Counted from the first letter of the stretch, positions 8,891-18,792 are shown. The stretch: 64,000 nucleotides of DNA from Deferribacterales bacterium (GCA_050251875.1 JBFWMA010000011.1:13938-77937), one strand, 5' to 3'. Notes: generated from the letters alone by a model not told the origin. Made by a program: numbers and translations.

Positions 8891-9020
8891 ACAGAAATTC
8901 ATTCATCCATGAAGAATTTCTGATACCGTTCCGCTCGGAATCAATCCTCGCTTCACTTACGTTCTGTTCGCTCCGGCACTAAAAGCGCCTTCACTCACTC
9001 CACGAACCACATCCTGTGGT
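8891..9020. repeat. ~130-bp structured dispersed element, copy A
   Basis: Aligns with the reverse complement of 54939-55066; hairpins CAGAAATTC..GAATTTCTG and ACCACA-TCC-TGTGGT. Confidence 0.75.
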
Positions 9021-9021
9021 T

Positions 9022-10356
9022 TTATTTCCCTTCTATTTTGTCTATCATACTGCTGATGAACGGGTTATCGCTCAAAAAGTGCAGGTGGGTGTATGAGGCG
9101 AATGCGTTGTTAACGCAGATGCCGTCCTCGCTCTTTTTGCCGTCTGTCACACGGGACACGTTATAGGCGAACTCGCCGCTGTAGCGCTCCAGAGTGGAAT
9201 AATGGAACTCGTGACCGATATTAACGGCGCCCTTCTGTCCCATCATGCAGTCTTTTTTTATCTCCGCTCTCACATATCCCAGAGCCTGACGCTTATTGCA
9301 CATTCTGCATTCGGCGTCTATGACTCCGGCGGTGTTGTAAAAGCCGTCATCAGTGTGTATTCCGTTCGAAAGATACATCAGCCCGCCGCACTCGGCATAA
9401 AGAAAACCGCCGTGCTTCACATAATCACGCAGGAAAATGCTCGTCATGTTGTCTTCCGCCAGCTCTCTGGCATAAAGCTCGGGATATCCGCCGCCCAGAT
9501 ATATGAAATCGGCGTCTTCCGGCACGTCTCCGTTCAGCGGAGAAAAATATTTTATGGCGAATCCCTTGCTGTCCAGATAGTCTATGTTAGCGTTGTAATA
9601 GAACTGAAAAGCCTTGTCATAAGCCAGATAAGCGACCTTGTCCGGTTTGCTCAGCTTTTTCGGCGGGGCTATAGGCTTCTCCGCCTCGCATATCTGAAGG
9701 ATGGTGCTGATATCCACATTCTCCGCCACGAACTCGGCGCAGATGTCGAAATAAGGCTCGTCTATCTCCAGAGCGGTTTTAACGCCCAGATGTCTGGATT
9801 CCACCAGTTTGTCGGTATTTTTCGGCAGAACGCCCACTACCTCGGCGTCAGTGTGATATGATATGGCGTTGCGCACCAGCATGGCATGCCGCTCGGAAGC
9901 GATATTGTTCAGCACCACTCCCTTGATGGAAGCGCTGCACATCTGCTCTATCCCGCGAACGAGCGCCGCCGGGGTAAAAGAACTGCCTGAACAGTCCAGA
10001 AGCATGACAATGGGCGAATCTATGACAGAGGCTATGTCCGCGCTGCTTCCCTTAAAAGTGCGCGAATCCACACCGTCAAAAACTCCCATGACGCCTTCCG
10101 TCACAGCCACATCGGCATCTCTGCATCCGTCAGCGAATATATCCGACACCGTATCCGGATTAACCATAACGGTATCCAGATTATAAGAGTGTCTGCCGGA
10201 GGCAAGCTGTATGTGCAGGGTATCAATATAGTCGGGTCCGCATTTGAACGGAGCAACCGCCATTCCCTTGTTAGTCAGATGCCTGATTATTCCAGTTGTA
10301 AGAGTAGTTTTTCCTGAGCCGCTCTTGTCAGCTGCTATCATGATTGATGAAAACAT
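9022..10356 (-). CDS. cbiA: Cobyrinate a,c-diamide synthase
   Basis: SGSGKTT, FKCGPDYID, EGVMGVFDG, GGYPEL, AECGG, GHEFHYS, ASYTHLHF. Confidence 0.94.
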   Translation of the reverse strand: MFSSIMIAADKSGSGKTTLTTGIIRHLTNKGMAVAPFKCGPDYIDTLHIQLASGRHSYNLDTVMVNPDTVSDIFADGCRDADVAVTEGVMGVFDGVDSRTFKGSSADIASVIDSPIVMLLDCSGSSFTPAALVRGIEQMCSASIKGVVLNNIASERHAMLVRNAISYHTDAEVVGVLPKNTDKLVESRHLGVKTALEIDEPYFDICAEFVAENVDISTILQICEAEKPIAPPKKLSKPDKVAYLAYDKAFQFYYNANIDYLDSKGFAIKYFSPLNGDVPEDADFIYLGGGYPELYARELAEDNMTSIFLRDYVKHGGFLYAECGGLMYLSNGIHTDDGFYNTAGVIDAECRMCNKRQALGYVRAEIKKDCMMGQKGAVNIGHEFHYSTLERYSGEFAYNVSRVTDGKKSEDGICVNNAFASYTHLHFLSDNPFISSMIDKIEGK

Positions 10357-10420
10357 AGTAACAGATTATTTTATTATCTATAATCTTGCAAGCAGAGAAA
10401 AAAAGGGATAACCTGAAAAA

Positions 10421-11074
10421 ATGAAAATATCCGCTCCGTCTTTCGTAATTCCAGCCGACAGAGAAAAAAATGTTCTTTATCTGAAAGAACTTGTGGATGA
10501 GGTCGAGCTTGCGTTCTTCGACAGCAGGCATGATTTCGACATGCCTCCGGATGAAGAAATTCAGGCTCTGTCACGGATAGACATGACATACAGCGCACAC
10601 CTGCCCACAGACGCCGATCTGAACACAGAGAACGGGTGGCGTGTGATCGATTCATACATCCGTGTCCTGCGCCCGCTGAAGCCCGTCCGGCTGGTGATAC
10701 ACCCGGTGGAGTCGTCATTTTTTCTGAACGAGCTTATCCGCAGAAAAGAGCACAACATCATAATAGAAAACACGGATTTCTACGGACCGTTCTTTGACGA
10801 TGCCGTGGAGGCGGGAATCAGGCTCTGTTTCGACAATGCCCACGCCGGAGACATGGCGGAAAACTTTCTGGGAAAATACAGCCGCCACATAGACGAATAC
10901 CACCTTCAGGGAATTATCGGCAACAGACATCACAAAAGTCTTGAGCATATAGAAAAATCTCTGCTAAAATCCATCTTTCGCGCGGCGGAAAAATACAACA
11001 GCACCGTGTGCCTCGAGATTTTCAACGAAGCTGATTTTCTCAAGTCATACGATATATTTAAGGAATTATCATGA
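10421..11074 (+). CDS. cbiR: Cobamide remodelling phosphodiesterase CbiR-like (AP endonuclease 2 / TIM barrel)
   Basis: SFVIP..NVLYL..VDEVEL.FF, SAHLP, IENT, CFDNAH, YHLQ, CLEIF motifs; first gene before cobU-cobT-cobS. Confidence 0.72.
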   Translation: MKISAPSFVIPADREKNVLYLKELVDEVELAFFDSRHDFDMPPDEEIQALSRIDMTYSAHLPTDADLNTENGWRVIDSYIRVLRPLKPVRLVIHPVESSFFLNELIRRKEHNIIIENTDFYGPFFDDAVEAGIRLCFDNAHAGDMAENFLGKYSRHIDEYHLQGIIGNRHHKSLEHIEKSLLKSIFRAAEKYNSTVCLEIFNEADFLKSYDIFKELS

Positions 11075-11580
11075 TAACACTCATCACCGGAGGGGTAAAA
11101 AGCGGAAAAACAGCCTTCGCCCTGTCCCTCTGCCAGAAGTATGAAAAACGGTCATATATAGCCACAGCAGAGGCTTTCGATGACGCCATGTCCAAAAAGA
11201 TAGCCGACCACAAGGCGGAAAGGGACGAAAACTGGGTCACCATAGAAGAACCGGTGAGCCTGCACAGCGTCTTCGACCATGCGGAGGAGCAGGACGTGAT
11301 ACTCATAGACTGCGTAACCATGTGGCTGAACAATCTGCTTTATAAACAGCTCAACGCTGAAAAACACATAGACATGTTTCTGAAAAGACTCGCCCAGAGC
11401 AGAAAACCCGTGGTGATAGTAACCAACGAGGTGGGGCTCGGCGTTATGCCGGTCAGCCCTGAAGGATGCAGATACGCCGATGAGCTGGGCAGGCTGAACA
11501 CAAAGCTGGCGTCACTTTCAGACAGAGTAATTTTTTTGATTTCGTCAATACCTGTAACCATTAAGGGAGATAAACAATGA
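11071..11580 (+). CDS. cobU: Adenosylcobinamide kinase / guanylyltransferase
   Basis: ITGGVKSGK, YIATA, WVTIEEP, IDCVTMWLNN, VTNEVGLG. Confidence 0.94.
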   Translation: MITLITGGVKSGKTAFALSLCQKYEKRSYIATAEAFDDAMSKKIADHKAERDENWVTIEEPVSLHSVFDHAEEQDVILIDCVTMWLNNLLYKQLNAEKHIDMFLKRLAQSRKPVVIVTNEVGLGVMPVSPEGCRYADELGRLNTKLASLSDRVIFLISSIPVTIKGDKQ

Positions 11581-12650
11581 ATCTGCAAGAGATAGTAAAA
11601 TCGATCAAGCCCACCGACAAAGAGATATATAAACAGGCGCAGGAACGCACGGCGAACCTGATAATGCCCCCCAGAGCTCTGGGACGCCTGAACGATATAG
11701 GCGAAAAAATATGCGCCATTCAGGGCACCATGAAACCGAAAGTGGACAGCCGCATGGTCTTCGTGATGGCTGGCGACCACGGCATAGTGGAGGAGAGAGT
11801 GGCGGCTTTTCCCCAGGAGGTCACCGGACAGATGATGGGTGCTTTCATAGCGGGGCTCGCCTCTATAAACGTGCTCTCCAGACAGGCTAAATCAAAAGTT
11901 CTGGTGGCGGATATCGGCGCTGTGTGCGATGTGGCGGCGGCTCCTTCCGACCCTGATAATTTCTATGTGGTGCGCAAGGTAAGAAAAGGCACAGCCAACT
12001 TTACCAAAGGTCCGGCTATGTCTAAAGAAGAAGCCGAAAAAAGCATAATGGCTGGATTCGGCATAGCAGATGAAATGATAAAGAAATTCAGACTCAATCT
12101 GATAGCCACAGGCGACATGGGAATAGGCAACACCACGCCTTCCAGCGCCATAGGGGCGATATACACAGGTCTCAGCGTGGAAGCCATGACAGGCTACGGC
12201 TCCGGCATAGACAATGCCGCGTTCAAAAGAAAGGTAGACACAATAGCCAAAGGGCTCGAAGTGAATAAACCCGATAAAAACGACCCTCTGGACGTTCTCG
12301 CTAAAGTAGGCGGTCTGGAGATAGGCGCTATCGCCGGAGTGATTCTGGCGGGGGCATATCATAAAATCCCGGTGCTGATAGATGGTATAATATCTACAGC
12401 GGGCGCTCTGATAGCATACGGTCTCTGCCCCCTCACAGGCGAATATATGGTGAGCGGACACAAATCAGTGGAACAGGGACACATCAAGATGCTGGAATAT
12501 ATGGGGCTGGAACCTCTGGTGGATCTGGGGCTCAGGCTCGGCGAGGGTACAGGCGCCGTGATGGCTATGCACTCAGTGGAAGCCGGAGTCAGGGTAATCA
12601 CCGAAATATCCACCTTCGCCGAAGCGGGCGTCGCCACCAAGGAGATGTGA
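11577..12650 (+). CDS. cobT: Nicotinate-nucleotide--dimethylbenzimidazole phosphoribosyltransferase
   Basis: AGDHG, GDMGIGNTTPS, KVGGLEIG, LRLGEGTGA, TFAEAGV. Confidence 0.95.
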   Translation: MNLQEIVKSIKPTDKEIYKQAQERTANLIMPPRALGRLNDIGEKICAIQGTMKPKVDSRMVFVMAGDHGIVEERVAAFPQEVTGQMMGAFIAGLASINVLSRQAKSKVLVADIGAVCDVAAAPSDPDNFYVVRKVRKGTANFTKGPAMSKEEAEKSIMAGFGIADEMIKKFRLNLIATGDMGIGNTTPSSAIGAIYTGLSVEAMTGYGSGIDNAAFKRKVDTIAKGLEVNKPDKNDPLDVLAKVGGLEIGAIAGVILAGAYHKIPVLIDGIISTAGALIAYGLCPLTGEYMVSGHKSVEQGHIKMLEYMGLEPLVDLGLRLGEGTGAVMAMHSVEAGVRVITEISTFAEAGVATKEM

Positions 12651-12651
12651 C

Positions 12652-13362
12652 ATTTTTAAAAGCTACATAAACGCCTTAAGTTTTCTGACTGTTCTGAGGT
12701 TTTCCGGAAAAGACTTTGACGGAAGACGCTCCGTATACAGCTTCGTCCTCATCGGGCTCACTCTGGGTCTGCCTCCGTATCTTTTTATGACATACTGCCA
12801 GACACTCATCCCCGGGCAGGCTATGTCTGTGATAATAGTGCTCTACATGGTGTTCATCACGGGCGCTCTGCATCTGGACGGGCTGGCGGACACGGCGGAC
12901 GGGCTCTTCTCTTTCCGCAGCCGTGAGCAGATGCTGGAGATCATGAAGGACAGCAGGATAGGAACCATGGGCGCCGTGGCGATAGTTATGGTGCTTATCA
13001 TAAAGACATTCTGCGTATACGCCGTCAGCAATCCTTTGTGGCTGTTGATTATTCCGGCATACGCCAGATTCAGCATGGTGTTCGGCGTTTATATGTTTAA
13101 ATATGCCAGAGAGGAAGGCACTGCGAAATCATTCTTCGGAAACTACAGCCCCGCAGTATTCATCCAGGGGCTGATACCCATGGGACTGAGCTTTTTTCTG
13201 GGCGCTGTTTCCTTTGCCGTGCTGAATATATCGTTTATAATATTTATATTACTGATATCCAAACTATACAGAAGCAGGATCGGCGGCATCACCGGAGACA
13301 TGCTGGGCGCTATGTGCGAATCCTGCGAAGCCTTATTACTCATTCTGGCGGTGTGCTTATGA
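12652..13362 (+). CDS. cobS: Adenosylcobinamide-GDP ribazoletransferase (start uncertain; frame is open upstream of the ATG at 12787)
   Basis: TGALHLDGLADTADG, IMKDSRIGTMG, GGITGDMLGA; the conserved N-terminal ALSFLTV lies in frame upstream of 12787. Confidence 0.9.
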   Translation: MFKSYINALSFLTVLRFSGKDFDGRRSVYSFVLIGLTLGLPPYLFMTYCQTLIPGQAMSVIIVLYMVFITGALHLDGLADTADGLFSFRSREQMLEIMKDSRIGTMGAVAIVMVLIIKTFCVYAVSNPLWLLIIPAYARFSMVFGVYMFKYAREEGTAKSFFGNYSPAVFIQGLIPMGLSFFLGAVSFAVLNISFIIFILLISKLYRSRIGGITGDMLGAMCESCEALLLILAVCL

Positions 13363-14417
13363 GCGGATTTGATCACGGCGGAAACATCTATGAAGCGGCG
13401 AAAAAAGCAAGATGCTCTGTGGACGACATCATCGACCTCAGCAGCAACATATCCCCCTTCACCCCTGAAGCGCTCTTTCGTGACATAGACATGAAAAAAC
13501 TGATATCCAGACTCCCCGAGCCCTACAGTCTTTCGCTCATCAGCGAGATAGCGAAATTTCACGATGTGCCGGAGAACACTGTGCTGGCGGGCAACGGCAC
13601 CACGGAGTTCATCCACAACATATGCAGCATATACAAAGGTCAGAAGGCGGTGATTCTCCAGCCCACCTATGTGGACTATATCAAATACGCCCAGCTGGCG
13701 GACATGTCGGTCACCAATGTGGTGATGACGGAGGAATCCGGCTTCTCTTTCAACGATGAGGAGCTGATGGAACACCTGACAGACGCCGCAGTCTGCTTCA
13801 TCTGCAACCCGAACAACCCCACAGGAAAGGTGATAAGCAAGGACGACCTGCGTTTCGTGGCGGACGTGTGCAAAAATACCCTTTTCGTAATAGACGAATC
13901 CTATGTGGATTTCTGCGTGGACAGCGCCCCCAGTCTGGTCGGGTGCTCTCTCACAAACGTAGCGGTGCTCAGATCTTTTTCCAAATCCCACGGGATACCC
14001 GGGCTCAGAGCCGGATATATCGTCAGCAGAAACAAACATCTGGTGGACAGCCTGAACAGAGCCGTGTCTCCGTGGAACATGAACACTCCGGCGCAGGAGA
14101 TTTGCAAAAAAGCCGTCAAAGAGGCTGTGATGCCTAATCTGCGCAAGCTGGACAACATAAAGCATCAGACGATGGCTAACCTGTCTTCCATAGACCAGCT
14201 GAAGGTGTTCGACAGCGCCGTCAACTTCTTTCTGATAAAACTGAAAAGATCCGATGCTCAGGCATTCTGCGAATATATGCTCAGCCATCATTTTCTGGTT
14301 AGAGACTGCTCCAACTTCGTGGGGCTGAACAACACATTCATACGGATAGCCATGAAAGAGCAGAGACACATGGACAACTTCTGCCGTCTGGCTAAATCAT
14401 ATTTCGAGATATTCTGA
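13359..14417 (+). CDS. cobD: L-threonine-O-3-phosphate decarboxylase (PLP-dependent)
   Basis: HGGNI, DLSSNISP, GNGTTE, CNPNNPTG, IDESY, RSFSKSHGIPGLRAGY; ATG overlaps the cobS stop. Confidence 0.88.
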   Translation: MSGFDHGGNIYEAAKKARCSVDDIIDLSSNISPFTPEALFRDIDMKKLISRLPEPYSLSLISEIAKFHDVPENTVLAGNGTTEFIHNICSIYKGQKAVILQPTYVDYIKYAQLADMSVTNVVMTEESGFSFNDEELMEHLTDAAVCFICNPNNPTGKVISKDDLRFVADVCKNTLFVIDESYVDFCVDSAPSLVGCSLTNVAVLRSFSKSHGIPGLRAGYIVSRNKHLVDSLNRAVSPWNMNTPAQEICKKAVKEAVMPNLRKLDNIKHQTMANLSSIDQLKVFDSAVNFFLIKLKRSDAQAFCEYMLSHHFLVRDCSNFVGLNNTFIRIAMKEQRHMDNFCRLAKSYFEIF

Positions 14418-14418
14418 C

Positions 14419-15861
14419 ATGAAAAAAGCTAAATCCATAATGTTTCAGGGAACCGGAAGCGGAGTGGGAAAATCCGTCATCTGCGCCGGATTCTGCCGTC
14501 TGCTCGCCCGCAGAGGCGTCCGGGTAGCCCCCTTCAAATCCCAGAACATGGCGCTGAACAGCGGAGTAGCCGCAGGCGGAGAGATGGGCAGAGCCCAGAT
14601 ACTTCAGGCGGAGGCTGCGGGCATAGAGCCTGACGTCCGCATGAACCCCATCCTGCTGAAACCGCAGGGAAACGCCGTGAGCCAGCTCATCAGAATGGGA
14701 AAACCAGTGGGCACATACAGCGCCAGAGAATATTACACCCTGCACGAAACAAATCTGGAAACAGCCATAGAGGCATATGAAAGCCTGGCGAAAGAATATG
14801 ACGTGATAGTCATAGAGGGCGCCGGAAGCCCGGCGGAGATCAACCTCCAGAGAACAGACATAGTAAACATGCGCACGGCGGATTTCGCCGAAGCGCCCGT
14901 ATATATCATAGGCGACATAGACAGAGGCGGCGTGTTCGCCTGGATGAAAGGCACATACGACCTTCTGCCCAGAGGCAGCAGACACAGGGTGAAGGGATTT
15001 ATAATAAACAGGTTCAGGGGCGACATCAGCCTGCTGGAACCCGGTATCGATATGTTCGAAGAGATGGTGAAGGTGAAGATAGCCGGCACAGTACCCATGC
15101 TGAACCTGACTCTGGAAGAGGAAGACAGCCAGAACATAAAAAACAGCGCAAAGGGAGGATTTGTCACCGTGGCGGTGGTGAAACTCGCCAGAATGTCGAA
15201 CTTCTCCGATTTCGCTCCTCTGGCGGCGTCTCCGGATATCAACCTCATATACGCCAAATCTCCAAACGAGCTGACCGGAGCGGATATCATAATCATCCCC
15301 GGCAGTAAAAGCACCGTATCCGACATGATCGACCTGCGCATGCGTGGTTTTGACAAAAAGATAAAGCAGATGTCAGGCGCTACGCCCATCATAGGCATAT
15401 GCGGCGGTTTTCAGATGCTGGGCAAAACTATAAATGACCCGGAAGGCATCGAGGGAGAAGTGAAGGAGACCGAAGGTCTGGGGCTCCTTAACATGTCCAC
15501 CGTGATAACCCCCGAAAAGACACTGCTGAACAGAGAATACACAGGTCAATCGATCCTGAAGGATATAAAATTCAGAGGATACGAGATTCACATGGGCATA
15601 TCTGAGACATCATCCGCATATGAACAGCTCGTATCTGAAAAAGACATCTGCATAGCCGACACGAAAAATAAAGTTGTTGGAACATACATCCACGGGCTAT
15701 TCGATTCCGAAAACGTGATGTCCGCCCTGACGGCTCTCAGCGGGAAGAATATCAGCCCCGACTACAGCTATTACAACAATAAAATGAGCCAGCTCGATCT
15801 GCTGGCGGATACATTGGAACAGTGCCTTGACATTGAACATATCTTATCTGATCTACATTGA
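14419..15861 (+). CDS. cobQ: Cobyric acid synthase (CobQ/CbiP)
   Basis: QGTGSGVGKS, PFKSQNMALNS, EGAGSPAEINL, GICGGFQMLG, GYEIHMG, GTYIHGLFD. Confidence 0.95.
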   Translation: MKKAKSIMFQGTGSGVGKSVICAGFCRLLARRGVRVAPFKSQNMALNSGVAAGGEMGRAQILQAEAAGIEPDVRMNPILLKPQGNAVSQLIRMGKPVGTYSAREYYTLHETNLETAIEAYESLAKEYDVIVIEGAGSPAEINLQRTDIVNMRTADFAEAPVYIIGDIDRGGVFAWMKGTYDLLPRGSRHRVKGFIINRFRGDISLLEPGIDMFEEMVKVKIAGTVPMLNLTLEEEDSQNIKNSAKGGFVTVAVVKLARMSNFSDFAPLAASPDINLIYAKSPNELTGADIIIIPGSKSTVSDMIDLRMRGFDKKIKQMSGATPIIGICGGFQMLGKTINDPEGIEGEVKETEGLGLLNMSTVITPEKTLLNREYTGQSILKDIKFRGYEIHMGISETSSAYEQLVSEKDICIADTKNKVVGTYIHGLFDSENVMSALTALSGKNISPDYSYYNNKMSQLDLLADTLEQCLDIEHILSDLH

Positions 15862-16792
15862 TTTTATGGCGGTGGTGTCCGCTTTCTGGCTGAACTGGTA
15901 TCTGGGCGAACCGGACATACCATTTCATCCGGTGCGCATAGCGGGCAGTATGATCAGCTACTGCGAAAAATCACTCAGAAGAAAAGGAACGATAGCCGAA
16001 GGGGTCATATCAGCCCTAATCAGCCTGGTCTTCACCATGTCCGTTGCGGGCGTGTCGCTGTATTATGCCGCAAAGGCGGGCGCTTTCTGGTATTTCACCG
16101 TTAGCACCATCATCATATATTTCTCCGTCAGTGTCCGGTCGCTGGCTGAGCACGCTGAAAATGTCGGCTCGGCTCTGAAAATCTCGCCTGAGAAAGGACG
16201 GGCGGAACTGTCCAAAATAGTTTCCAGAGACACAGCGGACATGCCGGAGGAAAAAATTGTAACCTCTGCCATAGAATCCGTATCCGAAAACTATGTGGAC
16301 GCGGTGGTCTCCCCCCTCTTCTATGCCTGTCTGTTCGGACCACTGGGAGCGGTCTTCTTCAAGACCGTATCCACCATGGACTCCATGATCGGATATAAGA
16401 ATGAAAAATTTCTGTATTACGGCAGATTCGCCGCCCGTCTGGATGATGTGCTCAATTTCATCCCCGCCAGACTGTCCATAATACCGATATACATCGCATC
16501 CATGATTCTGAAGATGAACAGCGCAAAAACCGTGTCATCATACAGAAAATACCGTAAAGCCCATGCCAGCCCTAATTCGGCGCACGCCATGAGCGCATTT
16601 GCCGGAGCGCTCGGCATCCGTCTGGGCGGAGCGGTGAGCTATTTCGGCACTATGACCGAAAAGCCGTACATAGGTGACGAAGGCAAAACGCCTGAAAAAG
16701 AGGACATCAGAAAAGCCGTGAGACTGATGGAGATGTCATCCGTGGCGTGGGTGATAATCTGCTGCGCATGCACCTGGTGGAAGCTGATATGA
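15827..16792 (+). CDS. cbiB: Adenosylcobinamide-phosphate synthase (start 15827 or 15866)
   Basis: LGEP..HPV, IVSRDT, IESVSEN, STMDSMIGY, AARLDDVLNFIPARL, HASPNS. Confidence 0.93.
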   Translation: MTLNISYLIYIDFMAVVSAFWLNWYLGEPDIPFHPVRIAGSMISYCEKSLRRKGTIAEGVISALISLVFTMSVAGVSLYYAAKAGAFWYFTVSTIIIYFSVSVRSLAEHAENVGSALKISPEKGRAELSKIVSRDTADMPEEKIVTSAIESVSENYVDAVVSPLFYACLFGPLGAVFFKTVSTMDSMIGYKNEKFLYYGRFAARLDDVLNFIPARLSIIPIYIASMILKMNSAKTVSSYRKYRKAHASPNSAHAMSAFAGALGIRLGGAVSYFGTMTEKPYIGDEGKTPEKEDIRKAVRLMEMSSVAWVIICCACTWWKLI

Positions 16793-17232
16793 GATATCCT
16801 CTGATATTCGACCTGAAAAACAGAAAAGTTGTTTTCATCGGCGGCGGAAAGGTCGCCCTGCGCAAGGCACAGGCGATGAAAAAGGCTCTGGCGGACATCG
16901 CCGTTGTCGCTCCTGACGTTCTTCCGGAGTTTTACGACATCACATCCGATATCCGGCTGAAAAGATATGAAGAGAACGACATCACACCGGAAACCTGTCT
17001 GGTTTTCGCCTGTACCGACTCGAAAGAGACCAACAGACAGGCGGCGGACAGAGCAAAAAAGCTGAAAATTCCGGTAAATATAGCGGACGACCCGGAATAT
17101 TCCGATTTTCACACCCCTTCGGTCATCACACACGGGGATTTCACCATATCCGTCTCCACAGACGGCAAAAGCCCGTCCGCCTCTAAACAGCTCAGAACAG
17201 CTCTTGAGGATTTCTTGAAATCAGAAAAATGA
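16789..17232 (+). CDS. Precorrin-2 dehydrogenase / sirohydrochlorin ferrochelatase (SirC/CysG N-terminal type)
   Basis: MRYPL..L, IGGGKVALRK, VNIADDP..SDF, VSTDGKSP; ATG at 16789 overlaps the cbiB stop. Confidence 0.88.
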   Translation: MRYPLIFDLKNRKVVFIGGGKVALRKAQAMKKALADIAVVAPDVLPEFYDITSDIRLKRYEENDITPETCLVFACTDSKETNRQAADRAKKLKIPVNIADDPEYSDFHTPSVITHGDFTISVSTDGKSPSASKQLRTALEDFLKSEK

Positions 17233-17304
17233 ACTTTTTGTGTTTTTTGATTATCTTTATTCAAAAATATTTGTGATACACAGTATCTGGTGGTAAAATG
17301 CCCT

Positions 17305-17844
17305 ATGAAAATACTGTATTTTCCCGGAATAAGATCAATTATTGACAAAGACTACGATCTGGCGATGAGCTGTAAACTCGTGCATCTTAAGGAAATCAGC
17401 GAGTGCGATGTGTATGATTACCATACTTACGAGCTGAACCGGGCTCTGAAAGAGACAGAGAAGTACGATGCTCTCTTCGGTTCGTCATTCGGCGGTTTTT
17501 TCGCTTTCAATCTGGCTCTGCGCACAGGTAAAAAGTGTATCTGCGTCAATCCTTCTCTCTATCTGGACAAACGTGTTTCCACACTGATAGCGGAGAACCC
17601 CGACAGACTCTCTTTTCTCAAAACGCTTCATCTCTCCGAGCTGATAGCGCAGCCTTCGAAACCGGAAGTCAGCAATATTCATGTGCTGATGAACATGGAC
17701 GATGATGTGCTGAATGCAGAAAAAATACTCTCCATCGCCAGGATTCACCACACAAACACCTACGCTTTTGAAAAAGGCGGACACGACAGCACAAACTTCA
17801 TCGGCGAAATGCTCCCCCTTATCAAACTCATTCTGGCGGATTAA
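17305..17844 (+). CDS. YqiA/YcfP-like alpha/beta hydrolase
   Basis: Nucleophile elbow GSSFGG, VNPS, DDVL, GGH. Confidence 0.7.
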   Translation: MKILYFPGIRSIIDKDYDLAMSCKLVHLKEISECDVYDYHTYELNRALKETEKYDALFGSSFGGFFAFNLALRTGKKCICVNPSLYLDKRVSTLIAENPDRLSFLKTLHLSELIAQPSKPEVSNIHVLMNMDDDVLNAEKILSIARIHHTNTYAFEKGGHDSTNFIGEMLPLIKLILAD

Positions 17845-17885
17845 ATCCCTTTCACTTTTTTAAATATCTGTTATCATAGCACTCT

Positions 17886-18791
17886 ATGGATAGTTTAGTT
17901 CTTCTCGTTTTCTGTTTTCTATTCGGTATGGTCGCCAGAAAGCTGGAGCTTCTCCCTTCGTCCGCTCCTTTGGTGCTTAACAATTTCATCATCAATCTTT
18001 CCATGCCGGCGGTCACATTTTACTATATCCATAAGATGGTTCTGGACACATCTCTACTGTTTCCGGTGTTCATGCCGTGGATAGTGTTCATACTTTCGTT
18101 CATCATATTTAAACTATTGCAGAAGAAACTGAAATTCGACAACAAGACTATGGGGTGCCTGATACTGACATCCGGTCTGGGCAACACGTCTTTTGTCGGC
18201 TTTCCTATGATAACCGCCTTTTTCGGAGCGGAATATCTGGGTATAGGCGTCATGGTAGACCAGCCCGGATCGTTTCTGATCCTGTCCACTCTGGGGATAG
18301 CCACGGCGGCATATTTTTCATCCGGCTCTGTGAACCCTCTTCTTCTGATGAGAAAGGTAGTCACCTTCCCGCCTTTTCAGGCGATGATACTGGCTCTGTG
18401 CCTGCGTTTTCTCGCCATTCCCGACTGGGCTCAGTCCGCCATGAAGACTCTGGGCTCCACCATCACCCCTCTGGCGATGGTTTCCGTGGGATATCAGCTC
18501 CGTTTCATAAAATCCGGCGGAATATTAAAAAAACTTTTTCTTGGTCTCGGCTATAAACTTTTACTCGCTCCGGCAGTCATATATCTGCTATATGTTATGA
18601 TCCTCGGCGGTTCGGGCAAGGTAATCCAGGTCACCATGTTCGAGGCGTCCATGGCGCCCATGATCACGGCGGGCATAATCTCCATCCAGTATGGTCTGGA
18701 TGAGGAGCTGGCGACCATGATGCTGGGCGTGGGAATTCCGCTGTCTTTTATTACGGCGCCCATATGGTATTATTTATTCTCAGGGGTTTAG
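17886..18791 (+). CDS. AEC (auxin efflux carrier) family transporter
   Basis: GNTSFVGFP, FPPF, PLAMVSVG, MAPMITAG; multi-TM. Confidence 0.85.
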   Translation: MDSLVLLVFCFLFGMVARKLELLPSSAPLVLNNFIINLSMPAVTFYYIHKMVLDTSLLFPVFMPWIVFILSFIIFKLLQKKLKFDNKTMGCLILTSGLGNTSFVGFPMITAFFGAEYLGIGVMVDQPGSFLILSTLGIATAAYFSSGSVNPLLLMRKVVTFPPFQAMILALCLRFLAIPDWAQSAMKTLGSTITPLAMVSVGYQLRFIKSGGILKKLFLGLGYKLLLAPAVIYLLYVMILGGSGKVIQVTMFEASMAPMITAGIISIQYGLDEELATMMLGVGIPLSFITAPIWYYLFSGV

Positions 18792-18792
18792 G

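Noticed and set aside
10357..10420. Cobalamin riboswitch in the divergent cob promoter region
   Set aside because: Only 64 bp, AT-rich, no B12-box
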